Part shown: in pieces, positions 39,519-53,425 of the stretch
How the letters are laid out: each line of letters begins with the position of its first letter
How positions within the stretch are numbered: the stretch's first letter is position 1
From: an uncultured bacterium
Lineage (GTDB): Bacteria > Chloroflexota > UBA5177 > JANWHV01
Reading direction: 5' to 3'
Assembly (NCBI GenBank): GCA_963729625.1
Contig: CAVSOU010000007.1
Coordinates: forward strand, 192,001-256,000
Length of the DNA: 64,000 nucleotides
Position numbers and translations under genes: made by a program
Notes under the pieces: model-generated
Seen by the model: the letters and a program-made list of their open reading frames with translations, nothing else
What the model was told of the DNA's origin: nothing
Databases searched by the model: none

Positions 39519-40124
39519 GTGGGAGAATCCAGGCTGTTTCAGGATAAGGCAATTGAGCGGATGGTCCTCGACTCCTTTGATGAAATGTGCGAGGACGCGG
39601 GCATAGAAGGCGCGTTTGCCGACGAAGGGCCGATGACGCTTGCGCTGGTACCGGATCCACTGCGGTTGGGTGCCGTCGTCGACCTATGGATGCGGATAGA
39701 GAGCCGCGAGGAAACCGCACGCCAGGCAATCGCCGAACACACGACTATTCTCGGCAGCCACTTCGTCGATGTTGCCAACGACGACGATCTCGAAGAGGAA
39801 TACGACGAGGAAGAGGGTGAGTCAGTCGACGATGCGGAGCAGGAGAGCGAAGCTGACGACGATGGAGATGAGGAAGATGACGAGGAGACCGTCGAGCCCC
39901 TGCTCGACGAGCTCGAGCTTCGCGGGCGGCTTCTCGTCGACGTCATCAATGCCGTCGGGCAGCAGCTCTCCGAGCGGCGCGGCGCCCTGGAATTGGGCGA
40001 GGAGTTGCCGAGCTTAGCGTCGGTTCGTGAGGCGATTCTCGAGGCCCTCAACATCACGTTTGAAGACGAGCGCCTGGCCGACCTCTGGGAACACGGGGTG
40101 CTCGTCACCGCCGAAGAACAGTAA
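39519..40124 (+). CDS. Highly acidic hypothetical protein
   Basis: ORF with a long Asp/Glu tract; start GTG 39519 or ATG 39561. Confidence 0.7.
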   Translation: MGESRLFQDKAIERMVLDSFDEMCEDAGIEGAFADEGPMTLALVPDPLRLGAVVDLWMRIESREETARQAIAEHTTILGSHFVDVANDDDLEEEYDEEEGESVDDAEQESEADDDGDEEDDEETVEPLLDELELRGRLLVDVINAVGQQLSERRGALELGEELPSLASVREAILEALNITFEDERLADLWEHGVLVTAEEQ

Positions 40125-40395
40125 GGATTGCGCCGCCTCCCGCCTGCCCGAGCGCCGTATGAAGTGCACTGCACGGCGCTCTGAACACCTGGCCGGCGCG
40201 GCTTGGCGGCCACCTGCGCACGGACCTTCTGCCGCGGCCGGAGGCCTTTGCCCAATCGCGGTTGCTTGCGGCGCGACCGACTGCAGTGAAGCCAGGACGA
40301 GGTCACCATTGACGCACACGAACCCGGGCGCACGGGCGTCCCGCCGGCCCTCGTTTGCTGGCCGGCACACCTGCGGATCCCACTACGGCTTTAGT

Positions 40396-41853
40396 CTAGT
40401 ATGCCTTGGCGAATACGAGGCGCCGGCCGATTCCGGGTGCGCCGCAACGCACGCACGCTCCGGCCTCGGGTGGCGCATCGAATGGGATGCAGCGAGCCGT
40501 CGCTTTTGTGTCCTCCTTGATTGCGGCCTCGCACGCTGGGTCGCCACAGTGATGGGCGTTGAGGAAGACATTCCGTTCGGCAAGCTCGCGCACGAACGTC
40601 TCGTAATCGTCGACGTTCTCCGTCAATGATTGCCGAAGTCGAAGCGCACGTTCAAACATGCTTGCCTGGATGTCGGCGAGCACGGCCGGGACTCGAGCGG
40701 CAAGGTCGGCTATCGCGACGGACTCCTTTGTGCGGAGATCGCGGCGAGCCAGCACCACTTGGCCGTTGGCGATATCACGCGGTCCGATCTCCATGCGCAG
40801 CGGTACACCCTTGAGCTCCCACTCGTTGTACTTGAAGCCCGGGGTTAACTCTTCACGCTTGTCAACCTTGAGCCGAACCTTGCCCTCGAGAACATGCTGA
40901 ATCCCTGCAATCGCGGTCAGCACGGCGTCGCGCTCGGCTGCTTTGCGCGCGATGGGAACGACAACCAGCTGAATCGGCGCCACGCGCGGAGGCAACACCA
41001 GGCCGGCCTCGTCGCCATGGGTCATGATGATCGCCCCGATGATGCGGGTCGAGAGTCCCCAGCTCGTCTGGTACGGATGCAGACGGACACCCTGGTCTTT
41101 GGCCTGATACTCGATCTCGTACGCACGCGTGAAATTCTGACCGAGGTTGTGCGACGTTCCTGCCTGCAGGGCTCGGCCATCGGACATCATCGCTTCAATT
41201 GCGATAGTGTAGTCCGCGCCGGCGAACTTCTCGCTCGCCGTCTTGCGTCCGGAAATCACAGGTATGGAAAGCCAGTCTTCTGCCAACGACCGGTAGACGC
41301 CCAGCATCTTGTCCGTTTCTTCCGCGCCTTCCTCCGGGGTGGCGTGAAAGGTGTGACCCTCTTGCCACAGGAATTCGGTGGTGCGCAGGAAGAAGCGGGT
41401 CCGCATCTCCCACCGCATCACGTTTGCCCACTGGTTGATGAGCACCGGGAGGTCGCGCCATGACTGGATGTATCGCTTGTAGGTCGAGCAGATGATTGTC
41501 TCAGACGTGGGCCGGATCGCGAGGCGCTCCTCGAGTTCCGCGCCGCCCGCATGAGTGACCCAGGCAACCTCAGGTGCGAACCCCTCCACATGCTCGGCTT
41601 CCTTGACGAGAAAACTCTCAGGGATAAGGAGCGGAAAATACATATTCTCATGGCCGGTCGCCTTGATCATGTCGTCAAGCGCGCGCTGAACGTTTTCCCA
41701 CAGCGCGTAGCCATAAGGCCGAATGATCATGCAGCCGCGCACGGCGGAATAGTCGGCCAGCTCGGCACGCCGCACGACGTCGGTGTACCACTGGCTGAAG
41801 TTCTCGCTCTTCCGAGCAATCTGATCGGGCAGCGTCGTAATCTCGTCATTCAT
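40396..41853 (-). CDS. proS: Proline--tRNA ligase, archaeal/eukaryotic type
   Basis: EAEHVEGFAPE, RPTSE, FLWQEGHT, QAGTSH, C-terminal FAKAY. Confidence 0.97.
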   Translation of the reverse strand: MNDEITTLPDQIARKSENFSQWYTDVVRRAELADYSAVRGCMIIRPYGYALWENVQRALDDMIKATGHENMYFPLLIPESFLVKEAEHVEGFAPEVAWVTHAGGAELEERLAIRPTSETIICSTYKRYIQSWRDLPVLINQWANVMRWEMRTRFFLRTTEFLWQEGHTFHATPEEGAEETDKMLGVYRSLAEDWLSIPVISGRKTASEKFAGADYTIAIEAMMSDGRALQAGTSHNLGQNFTRAYEIEYQAKDQGVRLHPYQTSWGLSTRIIGAIIMTHGDEAGLVLPPRVAPIQLVVVPIARKAAERDAVLTAIAGIQHVLEGKVRLKVDKREELTPGFKYNEWELKGVPLRMEIGPRDIANGQVVLARRDLRTKESVAIADLAARVPAVLADIQASMFERALRLRQSLTENVDDYETFVRELAERNVFLNAHHCGDPACEAAIKEDTKATARCIPFDAPPEAGACVRCGAPGIGRRLVFAKAY

Positions 41854-42014
41854 TGTGACAGAATCTCCAGCGCAATCGATGGGGACCTCAAGATTGAAGC
41901 TAGGGTAGTGTAGCATGACGTCAGTTGCCGCGGCGCGAACCTTGACCTTGGTCGGGCACCACCTGACAAGAGTGATCGACGGTGCGCCGGTGCCACTGCC
42001 TGCCGCGCTCGGAA

Positions 42015-43016
42015 TCAGCCAGACTGCGGCCGGTTCGGCAGCGCGGTGCCGATCAGCTCGCCTACGTTCTGCACGCCATGAGCCGACATCCAGGCTGCCA
42101 CACCGACCACCAAGCGTTCGGTGGCGACCGGATCGGCGAACGACGCGGTACCGACCTGAACGGCGGAGGCACCGGCCATCAAGAACTCGATCACGTCATC
42201 AACTGTTATGACACCGCCCGCGCCCACGATTGGGATGTGCACTATCTGGGCAACCTGGTACACGCAGCGCACTGCAATCGGTCGAATCGCCGGGCCGGAG
42301 AGCCCGCCTGTGATGTTGCCCAGGTACGGCCTGCGTCGCGCAACGTCGATTCGCATGCCCAAGACCGTGTTGATGAGCGTCAGAGCATCCGCGCCGGCGT
42401 CCTCCACAGCCAACGCGATTGGCCGGATATCGGTCACGTTTGGCGTGAGCTTCACCAGCAGAGGCAGTGAGCACGCCGCGCGCACTTCCCGCGTGACTTC
42501 AGCCGCGAGATCGGGGTCCGAACCAAAAAGCATACCGCCGGCAGACACGTTCGGACAGGAAACGTTCAATTCGAGCGCGGCAATGCCGGGAACATCGTCG
42601 AGGGTCTCCGCGACTGCCACGTAGTCGTCCACAGACTCACCGGCCACATTCACAATGACCGGTACTCGCCACTTTGCCCATATTGGCGCCTTTTCGCGTG
42701 CCACCGCGGCGACACCGGGATTCTGAAGACCCACGGCGTTCAGCATTCCCGCCGGCGTTTCGCAAACGCGGGGTGGGGGAGCACCCCGCCTGGGACGAAT
42801 CGTCGTGCCTTTCGTGAAGATGGCGCCCAGTCGCTCCACGTCCATCAGGCGCGCATACTCGATGCCGTAGCCAAACGTGCCGGCAGCAGCGGCGATCACG
42901 TTCTGCAAGACGAGTCCGGAGGGATGCGACGGCGCCAGATCCACGGCAAGGCCCAAAGCGTGCTGTCGTATTCGGGATGCGACGTCTTGCGATGCAGCAG
43001 CGTCGCCTGTCGTCAC
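42015..43016 (-). CDS. pyrD: Dihydroorotate dehydrogenase, family 1B catalytic subunit (start uncertain)
   Basis: AGTFGYG, LNAVGLQNPG, ELNVSCPNV, KLTPN, GGLSGPAIRP. Confidence 0.94.
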   Translation of the reverse strand: MTTGDAAASQDVASRIRQHALGLAVDLAPSHPSGLVLQNVIAAAAGTFGYGIEYARLMDVERLGAIFTKGTTIRPRRGAPPPRVCETPAGMLNAVGLQNPGVAAVAREKAPIWAKWRVPVIVNVAGESVDDYVAVAETLDDVPGIAALELNVSCPNVSAGGMLFGSDPDLAAEVTREVRAACSLPLLVKLTPNVTDIRPIALAVEDAGADALTLINTVLGMRIDVARRRPYLGNITGGLSGPAIRPIAVRCVYQVAQIVHIPIVGAGGVITVDDVIEFLMAGASAVQVGTASFADPVATERLVVGVAAWMSAHGVQNVGELIGTALPNRPQSG

Positions 43017-43032
43017 CGGAACTGAACCGCCC

Positions 43033-43332
43033 TCATCGCCCATAGAGGCGTTTGCGCCGCGAGCGCGCCCAAAATACGAGCGCCGCGATGACCAGGAGAG
43101 GCAGGGCAAGTGCGAGCACGAATCGGACTATCTCTCCGACAACAAGAACGACAATCAGCGCCGCTACGGTATACGCAAGCACACGAATGCCTGGTTCCCC
43201 AACCAGGTCGATGACCCCCCGTGGACGCGCGGGCTCGACCGAGTACCCACGGGCGCCGGGCAGAATCGCTCCACAGGCAGCACACCAGGCGTCTTCATCC
43301 CGTGTAGCGGCACCACAATGCGGGCAAAACAT
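43033..43332 (-). CDS. Zinc-ribbon membrane protein
   Basis: MFCPHCG..WCAACG then two hydrophobic helices. Confidence 0.75.
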   Translation of the reverse strand: MFCPHCGAATRDEDAWCAACGAILPGARGYSVEPARPRGVIDLVGEPGIRVLAYTVAALIVVLVVGEIVRFVLALALPLLVIAALVFWARSRRKRLYGR

Positions 43333-43387
43333 CCGACACCTCTCTTCCTTGGGTCTCTGCAATTCTACCCCAAGAAGTGGCGATCGG

Positions 43388-44494
43388 CTACGTTGGCTCG
43401 CGAACTCCGAGCACGCTGAATCCTGGGGACCAGCCTTCACGACCCTTTGTGCGGAGCGTGCCGATGGACTGCACGTCGAAGAACTCCGCGATTGCTTCAT
43501 ACGTTTGCTGCGTCACCAGTATCTGCCCGGGCCCTGCATTTTGTTCAAAGCGAGCCGCAAGATTGACGGCGTCCCCGACGGCCGTATAGTCCATTCGCTG
43601 CTCGGAGCCAATGTGGCCCACGACGACGTCTCCGCTATTGATGCCGATACCCATCCGCAAGGCGACATCTTGAAAGCCGTCAATCCGCACCCGGCCCACG
43701 AGACTCTGCATCGTGAGACCGGCGAGCACGGCGCGTTTCGCATGGTCGGAGTAGGCGATCGGCGCGCCAAATAGGGCCATGACGCCATCGCCCAGGATCT
43801 GATTTACCGTGCCGCCATGCAGGTAGACGGCCGAGATTATCTCGCCAAGATACGCGTTGAGCACCTTCATCGCCTCCTGCGGCGGAAGCTCCTCCGCAAG
43901 ACTCGTGTAGCCACGCAGATCCCCAAACAGGATTGAGACTGTCCTGCGCTCGCCACCCGGCCGCAGATACCGATCCGGGTCCCTCAGTATTTGGTCTGCT
44001 ACTCCGGGAGACACTGCTCGCTGCAACGCGTCGAGCAACAGGTCGTTCCGCTGCTCCAGCTGATCTCGGAGCGCTTTGAGCCTGAGAAGCGACCGCGCGC
44101 GAGCGCGCACCTCCACCTCATTGAATGGCTTTGAGATGAAGTCGTCGGCCCCGGCCTCGATGCCCTCCACGCGATCGGCCGTATCGGTGAGCGCGGTTAC
44201 CAGGATGACGGGGAGAGCCTGCGTCTTGGGATTCCGTCGCAGGGCGCGGCACACGTCGAATCCCGACATCCCCGGCATCATCACGTCGAGGATAACGAGG
44301 TCAATTGCCGTCTCGTCAAGCACGCGCAGTGCATCCGATCCGTTGGTCGCGACCGTCGTCTGGTAGCCTTCAGATCTGAGCACGATCTGCATGAGCCGCG
44401 CGTTCCTCTGCTCGTCGTCGACCACCATGACGTGCGGGACACGCGGCGTATCGCAACCGTCAGCTTGGCCGTCTAGCACGACTTCCCCAGGCAT
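43388..44494 (-). CDS. Response regulator receiver fused to class III nucleotidyl cyclase
   Basis: REC VVDD / LDVMMP / KP; cyclase LFGDLRGYT, GDGVMA, YTAVGDAVNLAAR. Confidence 0.93.
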   Translation of the reverse strand: MPGEVVLDGQADGCDTPRVPHVMVVDDEQRNARLMQIVLRSEGYQTTVATNGSDALRVLDETAIDLVILDVMMPGMSGFDVCRALRRNPKTQALPVILVTALTDTADRVEGIEAGADDFISKPFNEVEVRARARSLLRLKALRDQLEQRNDLLLDALQRAVSPGVADQILRDPDRYLRPGGERRTVSILFGDLRGYTSLAEELPPQEAMKVLNAYLGEIISAVYLHGGTVNQILGDGVMALFGAPIAYSDHAKRAVLAGLTMQSLVGRVRIDGFQDVALRMGIGINSGDVVVGHIGSEQRMDYTAVGDAVNLAARFEQNAGPGQILVTQQTYEAIAEFFDVQSIGTLRTKGREGWSPGFSVLGVREPT

Positions 44495-44859
44495 CTCTCA
44501 ATCACCCTGATTAACTCGGCGTCATCAATCGGCTTGCTCAGGTATGCGTCACAACCGGCTGAAAGAACGCGCTCCGCGTCGCCAATCATCGCGTACGCCG
44601 TGGTGGCGACGAGTGGAATTGCTCGAGTCTGCGCATCGCTTTTGAGCATGGCGGCCAGCGTAAACCCATCGAGGCCAGGGAGCTGCATGTCGAGCAAGAT
44701 GAGTGCCGGTAGGCACTCTCGCAGCTTGCTCAGCGCTTCGTAGCCGCTGCCGGCTTCCTCCACGATATAGCCCTGCGTGCGCAGGATCAGCCGCACGAGC
44801 CGCATGTTAACCGGGTTGTCTTCTATAACCAGGATGCGGGGCCGTGTTGCCTGTGGCAT
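44473..44859 (-). CDS. Single-domain response regulator (DivK-like)
   Basis: IEDN, LLDMQLPGLDG, TAYAM.GD, GCDAYLSKP. Confidence 0.92.
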   Translation of the reverse strand: MPQATRPRILVIEDNPVNMRLVRLILRTQGYIVEEAGSGYEALSKLRECLPALILLDMQLPGLDGFTLAAMLKSDAQTRAIPLVATTAYAMIGDAERVLSAGCDAYLSKPIDDAELIRVIERCLGKSC

Positions 44860-44995
44860 CGCTTCACACCGTTCACTGCTGGGTCGTTCGGCCCAAGCGC
44901 ACACTCTTCTCCGAACAGTGTACGCGACGAGAGCCCATTCCCGCTCATAGCGGTGGTCGGACCCGCACCCCAACAGCAGGCAGACAGGTCGACCC

Positions 44996-45976
44996 TTAAT
45001 GCACGGGACGCAAATGGGAAGGATCGCTGCCAGCCTGGTGTGCTGACCCTTGGCGGATACCCGTCTCCGTCTCGACACCGCGACCCTGAACGACCAGAAG
45101 CGGAACCTCGACATGGCGCAGTAAGTCGAGCGCCACGCTGCCGTAGAGCACCTTGTCGAGGCCCTGACGCCCGTGCGTGGCAACGACGATCAAGTCGACA
45201 TTGTCCCCCGCAGTAACGTCGAGGATCTCGGCGCATGGGCTGCCAACCGGGACTACGCTGTGCCACACTCTTCCGGCAAGGCGCGCGCTTCCCACTTTAT
45301 CGAGGTACAAGCTGGCCTCATGTACGTAGCGGTCTGTTTCGCGCCCGGTATCGTCGTGGAGCGGCACCGACATCTCACCGGCGAATCCCGGCATCGAAAG
45401 TGGCGCGTGCCGAGGCACGACGCGGATCAACTCGATTTCCGCGTTCTTGGCCACCGATTCACGCTCCAGCACGTCGAGGGATATCTCAGACAGGCGTGAT
45501 CCGTCGAGCGCGACGAGAACTCTTGCGAACCCTGAATCATCGGAACCCTGGCGGGACTGTTTGCCAGCCCTCGTCAGCACGACGGGCGTATCGCACTTTC
45601 GCAGGACTGCCTCGGCGACCGAACCGAGAAGTGCATGGCTCAGCCCTGTGCGCCCATGCGTGCTCATGCTGATGAGCCCGGCGCTTTGCGACTCAGCGGC
45701 AAATAGTATGCCTCGCACCGGGTCACACGGCAGAACATCGCTGACTACGTCGAAGCCACGACTATGGAGATCGAGCTCAAGCGCGGCAAGATAGTCCTTC
45801 GCCTCGTGCAGGGTGCGACGCTCCTCTGCATAGGTGCTTCGATCGCCTGCGAAGAACATCGTCGTCCGAAGCAGGTAGATCGTCGCGCCTGAATCGCGTG
45901 CCAGCTTGCACGCCGACCGAAGGCCGGATTCGGCTGCGGGTGAGCCATCAAGAGGCACCAAGATTTTGTTTTTCAT
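44996..45976 (-). CDS. Tandem-domain universal stress protein
   Basis: Two Usp domains: ILVPLDGS..THGRTG..LGSVA and VLVALDGS..THGRQG..YGSVA. Confidence 0.93.
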   Translation of the reverse strand: MKNKILVPLDGSPAAESGLRSACKLARDSGATIYLLRTTMFFAGDRSTYAEERRTLHEAKDYLAALELDLHSRGFDVVSDVLPCDPVRGILFAAESQSAGLISMSTHGRTGLSHALLGSVAEAVLRKCDTPVVLTRAGKQSRQGSDDSGFARVLVALDGSRLSEISLDVLERESVAKNAEIELIRVVPRHAPLSMPGFAGEMSVPLHDDTGRETDRYVHEASLYLDKVGSARLAGRVWHSVVPVGSPCAEILDVTAGDNVDLIVVATHGRQGLDKVLYGSVALDLLRHVEVPLLVVQGRGVETETGIRQGSAHQAGSDPSHLRPVH

Positions 45977-46181
45977 GGCAGCCTTCCCCCAAGTCAGCGC
46001 TGGGAGCGAGTCGGAACAATCAACCAACTTCACCATACCGCCGCAAGACGGCACCCGAATATGGCCTGATGTCCTCATGAAGGTGGGACAATCGGCACCG
46101 ACGGCGTGGCCATATCGCGACCTCAAGCAGGGTCACGTGGGGTGACGGCATCCGCTGCGCAGGCCTTATCGGGCTCCGGGA

Positions 46182-49493
<3,312 letters not shown>

Positions 49494-49740
49494 TGCGTCT
49501 CGTCCCAGTCATGTGACTTTGAGACAACTATAGGGTCTCTCATCGCTGCGAAGCAAGCACTCCATGGTACAGTCGGATGCCGAACGCGCCCATCCTGGCA
49601 ACTCGATCGTAGCACGCGGGGCCGTTTGCATAATGTTCTGGTTGCACGAGTTGCAGGGCAGAAGGTAACCTCAGCTTTGCGGGAACCCAGTTCTTGGGGG
49701 CGCGCCGGGTCCAACTAGGGATTCTGGACGGGAGCGGCTC

Positions 49741-51009
49741 GTGCGTCAACGTGGCGCGGTCGCCTATGCTGCCCGCGCCTTGCACGGGTACTTCGCGATC
49801 AATCTACCAGTCAGCGCTGCGGTCCAGCGTGACTTCCGCCTCGACCTGACGGGCGCTGTTCTGTATGGCCTGTTCAACGGGAGCGCGGTCGGCTATATCT
49901 ATGTCGTCGCGCGGACGATCGGCGTCAGCCAGACCGGCATCAGCGTACTGATGGCGATGGGCGCGGTTGGCGCCATTCTCTCGCTGCCTGTCTCACTCAT
50001 CCCGAGAGGCGGCAACGGTGGCCGCGCCCTCATGTTTGCTGCGTGGTCGGTAGGCCGAGCGGTGCTTGTCCTGCTGCTGTTCTTTAGCTCACCGGCGCCC
50101 TACATGCTCTTCGCATCGATCTTCTTGATCAGCAGCAGCATCGCCATGCCGTTCTACGCGGAGATTCTGCAGCACATTTACCCCCGCGAGTTTCGTGGCC
50201 AGCTCATGAGTCTGGTTCGAGTGGGCAGTGGCGCCGCGACGACGATCGCATCGCTCGCCACGGCGTGGCTGCTCGGATCGAGGCATGTCGCCTTTCAAGC
50301 GGTCTTTGCCGGCGGCGCGCTCTTGGCCGTAATGTCCGTCTATACATTCTCGAAGGTCACGCCTGTGCGACCGCCGCCGCGCCCCAGACCTTCGCTTGGC
50401 GACACATTCGGTATTCTGCGGCGCAATACAGCCTTTGCCGGATATCAAATGTGGGTGTTCCTTATGGGTGCCGGAAACATCATGACTGCCACGCTGTACC
50501 CTCTGGTGATAGTCGACAAGCTGCATGCCGGCTACGGCCCGTTCGGCGTGCTTACTGTCATCACGGCGATGGGCTACCTATCCTCTTTCTTTGTATGGGG
50601 GCGCATAGTCGACCGGAAGGGGCCGGTTTTCACCATCATGCTTGTCGGGATGTGCCTTCTTACCACGCCGGTGGGCATGCTTACGGTACCCGGAGTGTAC
50701 TGGCTGGCGCCCTTCATGTTCGTCAACGGCATTGCGAATGCCGGTTTCGAGATTGGGCCTTTCTCGGCCGTGATGCATTACAGCCTGAGCTCTCCCCGGG
50801 ACGTACCGCGCTATATGGCGCTGCACTCCATCTTCTCAGGCCTGCGAGGACTGGTCTTCCCATTCGTCGCCACGCTTGTCCTGGCCGGGCACCACTATTC
50901 GCTTGCGCTCTCAACTGCATTCTCGATCTCCATTGCCGGCACCTTCATGCTGTGGAGGCTCGCGCGCCGAGAAGCGGCGATAGCGCGCCTTCCGAACCGG
51001 GTAATATAG
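49741..51009 (+). CDS. MFS transporter
   Basis: About 12 TM segments; motif A-like WGRIVDRKG; YPREFRG. Confidence 0.85.
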   Translation: MRQRGAVAYAARALHGYFAINLPVSAAVQRDFRLDLTGAVLYGLFNGSAVGYIYVVARTIGVSQTGISVLMAMGAVGAILSLPVSLIPRGGNGGRALMFAAWSVGRAVLVLLLFFSSPAPYMLFASIFLISSSIAMPFYAEILQHIYPREFRGQLMSLVRVGSGAATTIASLATAWLLGSRHVAFQAVFAGGALLAVMSVYTFSKVTPVRPPPRPRPSLGDTFGILRRNTAFAGYQMWVFLMGAGNIMTATLYPLVIVDKLHAGYGPFGVLTVITAMGYLSSFFVWGRIVDRKGPVFTIMLVGMCLLTTPVGMLTVPGVYWLAPFMFVNGIANAGFEIGPFSAVMHYSLSSPRDVPRYMALHSIFSGLRGLVFPFVATLVLAGHHYSLALSTAFSISIAGTFMLWRLARREAAIARLPNRVI

Positions 51010-51212
51010 AGAGAGACGCCGGGACTGCCGCGCTTTTGGCGAGAGTCACCGTGCCGGGCGAGCAATGAGTGACGCGTTCCGCGCTTCTCCGGCAGGAAGC
51101 GGTACCTCTGGTTCTACCGCTGTAATCGAGGACGGAGTATGATTGCTTCGGTAGAACCCGCTAGCATTCGTGGTCGCCGCCATCGTCGCAGCGCCATACA
51201 CTGGAGCACCGC

Positions 51213-52163
51213 GTGAAGATATTCTGCCCGTTTTGTGGCATCGCCAATGCACCTGAATTGTCGACCTGCCGGGCGTGCGGAACCGCGTTACCCGAGTCAT
51301 TGGATGCCGCTACGTTCGGGATGCCCAATCGCTCCAAACCGCATGACGCGCAGGCGTTCGGCACCATCGCACCGTACGATACACAAGAGTCCGCGACGGC
51401 GACTGGCGGCTATCCGACTCCCGTGCAACCGGAGATGGCATCCCGAGGGGCTTCCTCTTATCCGTCAGGATATCCAGACCTACCGGCGCAGGTTCCCTAT
51501 GGCTACCAGCCCCAGCCTGTGCACGGCCAGACGGGCATGCCTGCTCCAGGCGCTCAGCCCGGAGGCTTGGCGCCAGTCGGGCCATTCAATGGAGCATACC
51601 CGGCCCACTACGTGCCGTCGCCACCCGGAAACGTGTATCTTCCTGGCGATCCCCGCGCGTATCGGCAGGCGTCGCCGGGCCCCTACAGCGTGGGGAGAAG
51701 CTCTGGCGGTCACCAACCGGCGCTTTTCACGCCGGCGCCCGCTTATCTCCAGAACGGTCAGCTCGAGCTCGCGGACTCCGGCACCAGGCTCGGAGCCTTT
51801 ATGCTTGACGCGATGGCGTTGACGGTCCCGTGGTTCGTCCTGACGGGCCTTGCGGCTGCGACGGCTTCGACGTTGCTGACGGCGATGTCGCTTATGGTGA
51901 TGTTCTTTGGGCCTGCTCTCTATTTCATCGCATGCTGGGCCAGCGGTGGCCAGACGCTCGGCTACCGCGCCCTGGGGCTGAAGCTCGTTCGTACCGACGG
52001 CTCTCAGCCGGGAGTGGGATCGGCCATTGCTCGCTGCCTGGGAATCATGATTTGTCTATTCATGCTGGTTCCTGGCGCCCTGGGCCTCCTCTGGATGCTG
52101 TGGGACGATCGCAGGCAGGCGTTGCACGACAAGATGGCCGATACGCTGGTTGTGAAGACGTGA
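51213..52163 (+). CDS. Zinc-ribbon / Pro-rich / RDD family membrane protein
   Basis: CPFCG..CRACG; Pro/Tyr/Gly-rich linker; RLGAFMLD, GQTLG, QALHDKMADTLVV. Confidence 0.88.
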   Translation: MKIFCPFCGIANAPELSTCRACGTALPESLDAATFGMPNRSKPHDAQAFGTIAPYDTQESATATGGYPTPVQPEMASRGASSYPSGYPDLPAQVPYGYQPQPVHGQTGMPAPGAQPGGLAPVGPFNGAYPAHYVPSPPGNVYLPGDPRAYRQASPGPYSVGRSSGGHQPALFTPAPAYLQNGQLELADSGTRLGAFMLDAMALTVPWFVLTGLAAATASTLLTAMSLMVMFFGPALYFIACWASGGQTLGYRALGLKLVRTDGSQPGVGSAIARCLGIMICLFMLVPGALGLLWMLWDDRRQALHDKMADTLVVKT

Positions 52164-52292
52164 CAGTCTTTCGCCACGCCGGCGCTTCCCATACCCGGTC
52201 GCGACGGCCGAACTCCGCGCAATAGCCCCGGGCTCGGTCGCCGTCAGGCCGCGAGTTGTCCCGGTCCGTTTGACTACCAGCTCACCTCGGTT

Positions 52293-52673
52293 GTGCTGTC
52301 GAGCGCGGTCGCCACACTCCAGACAACTCTGCTGCCCACCGCGCGCGTTACCCTGTCGATGGTGCGCAAGAAGGTCTTTCCAGAGTTCTTTGCAGCGATC
52401 AGCCCCGCTAGGATTCAGTCGCCACGGATCGGCACGCTGTTCCTGGACAGGCTCGCGGTCATTGGCCTCGCCGTGGGCGGGCGGGCGCCGAGCGTCAAAA
52501 CCTTCCTCGTGAACAGCGTGTCGCAGGTCGGACACGGCGTACGAGTTGGGAGCGCGGGGACGGCCAGCACGAGCCTGCGAATCTGGTGCAGTCAGTACTG
52601 GTCGGGAGACAGCATTTCACCGTTTCGTGTGCCACGACGTGGTTGGAAATGGGCGTTCGCGCACGTGCGGTGA
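52293..52673 (+). CDS. Hypothetical protein, 5' end unresolved
   Basis: Protein-like ORF; frame stays open back to 52164 with no start codon. Confidence 0.45.
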   Translation: MLSSAVATLQTTLLPTARVTLSMVRKKVFPEFFAAISPARIQSPRIGTLFLDRLAVIGLAVGGRAPSVKTFLVNSVSQVGHGVRVGSAGTASTSLRIWCSQYWSGDSISPFRVPRRGWKWAFAHVR

Positions 52674-52674
52674 T

Positions 52675-52704
52675 TTGACTGTCGACTCCGGCTAACCCTA
52701 TGAT
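52675..52704 (+). promoter_or_regulatory. Sigma70-type promoter for the ANTAR regulator (possibly also glnA)
   Basis: TTGACT-N18-TATGAT, then AGGAGGT SD. Confidence 0.6.
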
Positions 52705-52727
52705 TCTGTGTAAGAAAGGAGGTGAGT

Positions 52728-53318
52728 ATGCCCAACTCGGCAACGCGAATCGTGATCGCGGACGACGAGCCGCTTATCCGAATTGACTTGCGCGAGAACC
52801 TGGAAGGCCTTGGCTACGAGGTCGTGGGAGAGGCGGCGGACGGCAAACATGCCGTGGAACTTGCGCGGAAGCTTCGCCCCGACATCGTGATCATGGACAT
52901 CAAGATGCCGGAAATGAGCGGCATCGAAGCACTTCGCGTGCTCACGGAAGAGAACGTCGCCCCGGTGTTGTTGCTGACAGCGTACGGCGAAGGAGATCTT
53001 GTGCAGCAGGCGAGCGACGCTGGAGCAGTCGCGTACCTGGTCAAGCCATACCGGCAGTCGGATCTCCAGCCACATATCGAAGTTGCACTCGCACGATTTA
53101 GCGAGTTGCGAACGCTGCGGACCGAGTTGGAAGATGTTAGGGAAGCCCTGAGCGTGCGAAAGCTCGTTGAGCGGGCCAAAGGCCTGCTTATGGAAACGCA
53201 AGGCCTCAAGGAAGCAGAAGCGTTTCGGCGCATCCAGAAGCTGAGCATGGACACGCGAAAGTCCATGAAGGAAGTGGCCGAAGCCATCTTGCTTGCCCAT
53301 CAGGCAACGAAGTCCTGA
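52728..53318 (+). CDS. REC-ANTAR response regulator (PdtaR/EutV/NasT-like)
   Basis: REC IADDE / MDIKMP / YLVKP; ANTAR RKLVERAKGLLM..EAEAFRRIQKLSMD.RKSMKEVAEAI. Confidence 0.95.
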   Translation: MPNSATRIVIADDEPLIRIDLRENLEGLGYEVVGEAADGKHAVELARKLRPDIVIMDIKMPEMSGIEALRVLTEENVAPVLLLTAYGEGDLVQQASDAGAVAYLVKPYRQSDLQPHIEVALARFSELRTLRTELEDVREALSVRKLVERAKGLLMETQGLKEAEAFRRIQKLSMDTRKSMKEVAEAILLAHQATKS

Positions 53319-53425
53319 GATCCGGCGGGCCTGCCCGGCCCCCTGGCGCCGCCCGGTCCCTTGGGCTGCGACCGAACCGTCTATTTCGTGGGGCGTGCTG
53401 CCGGTGGTAGCAAGACGCCCAGATC

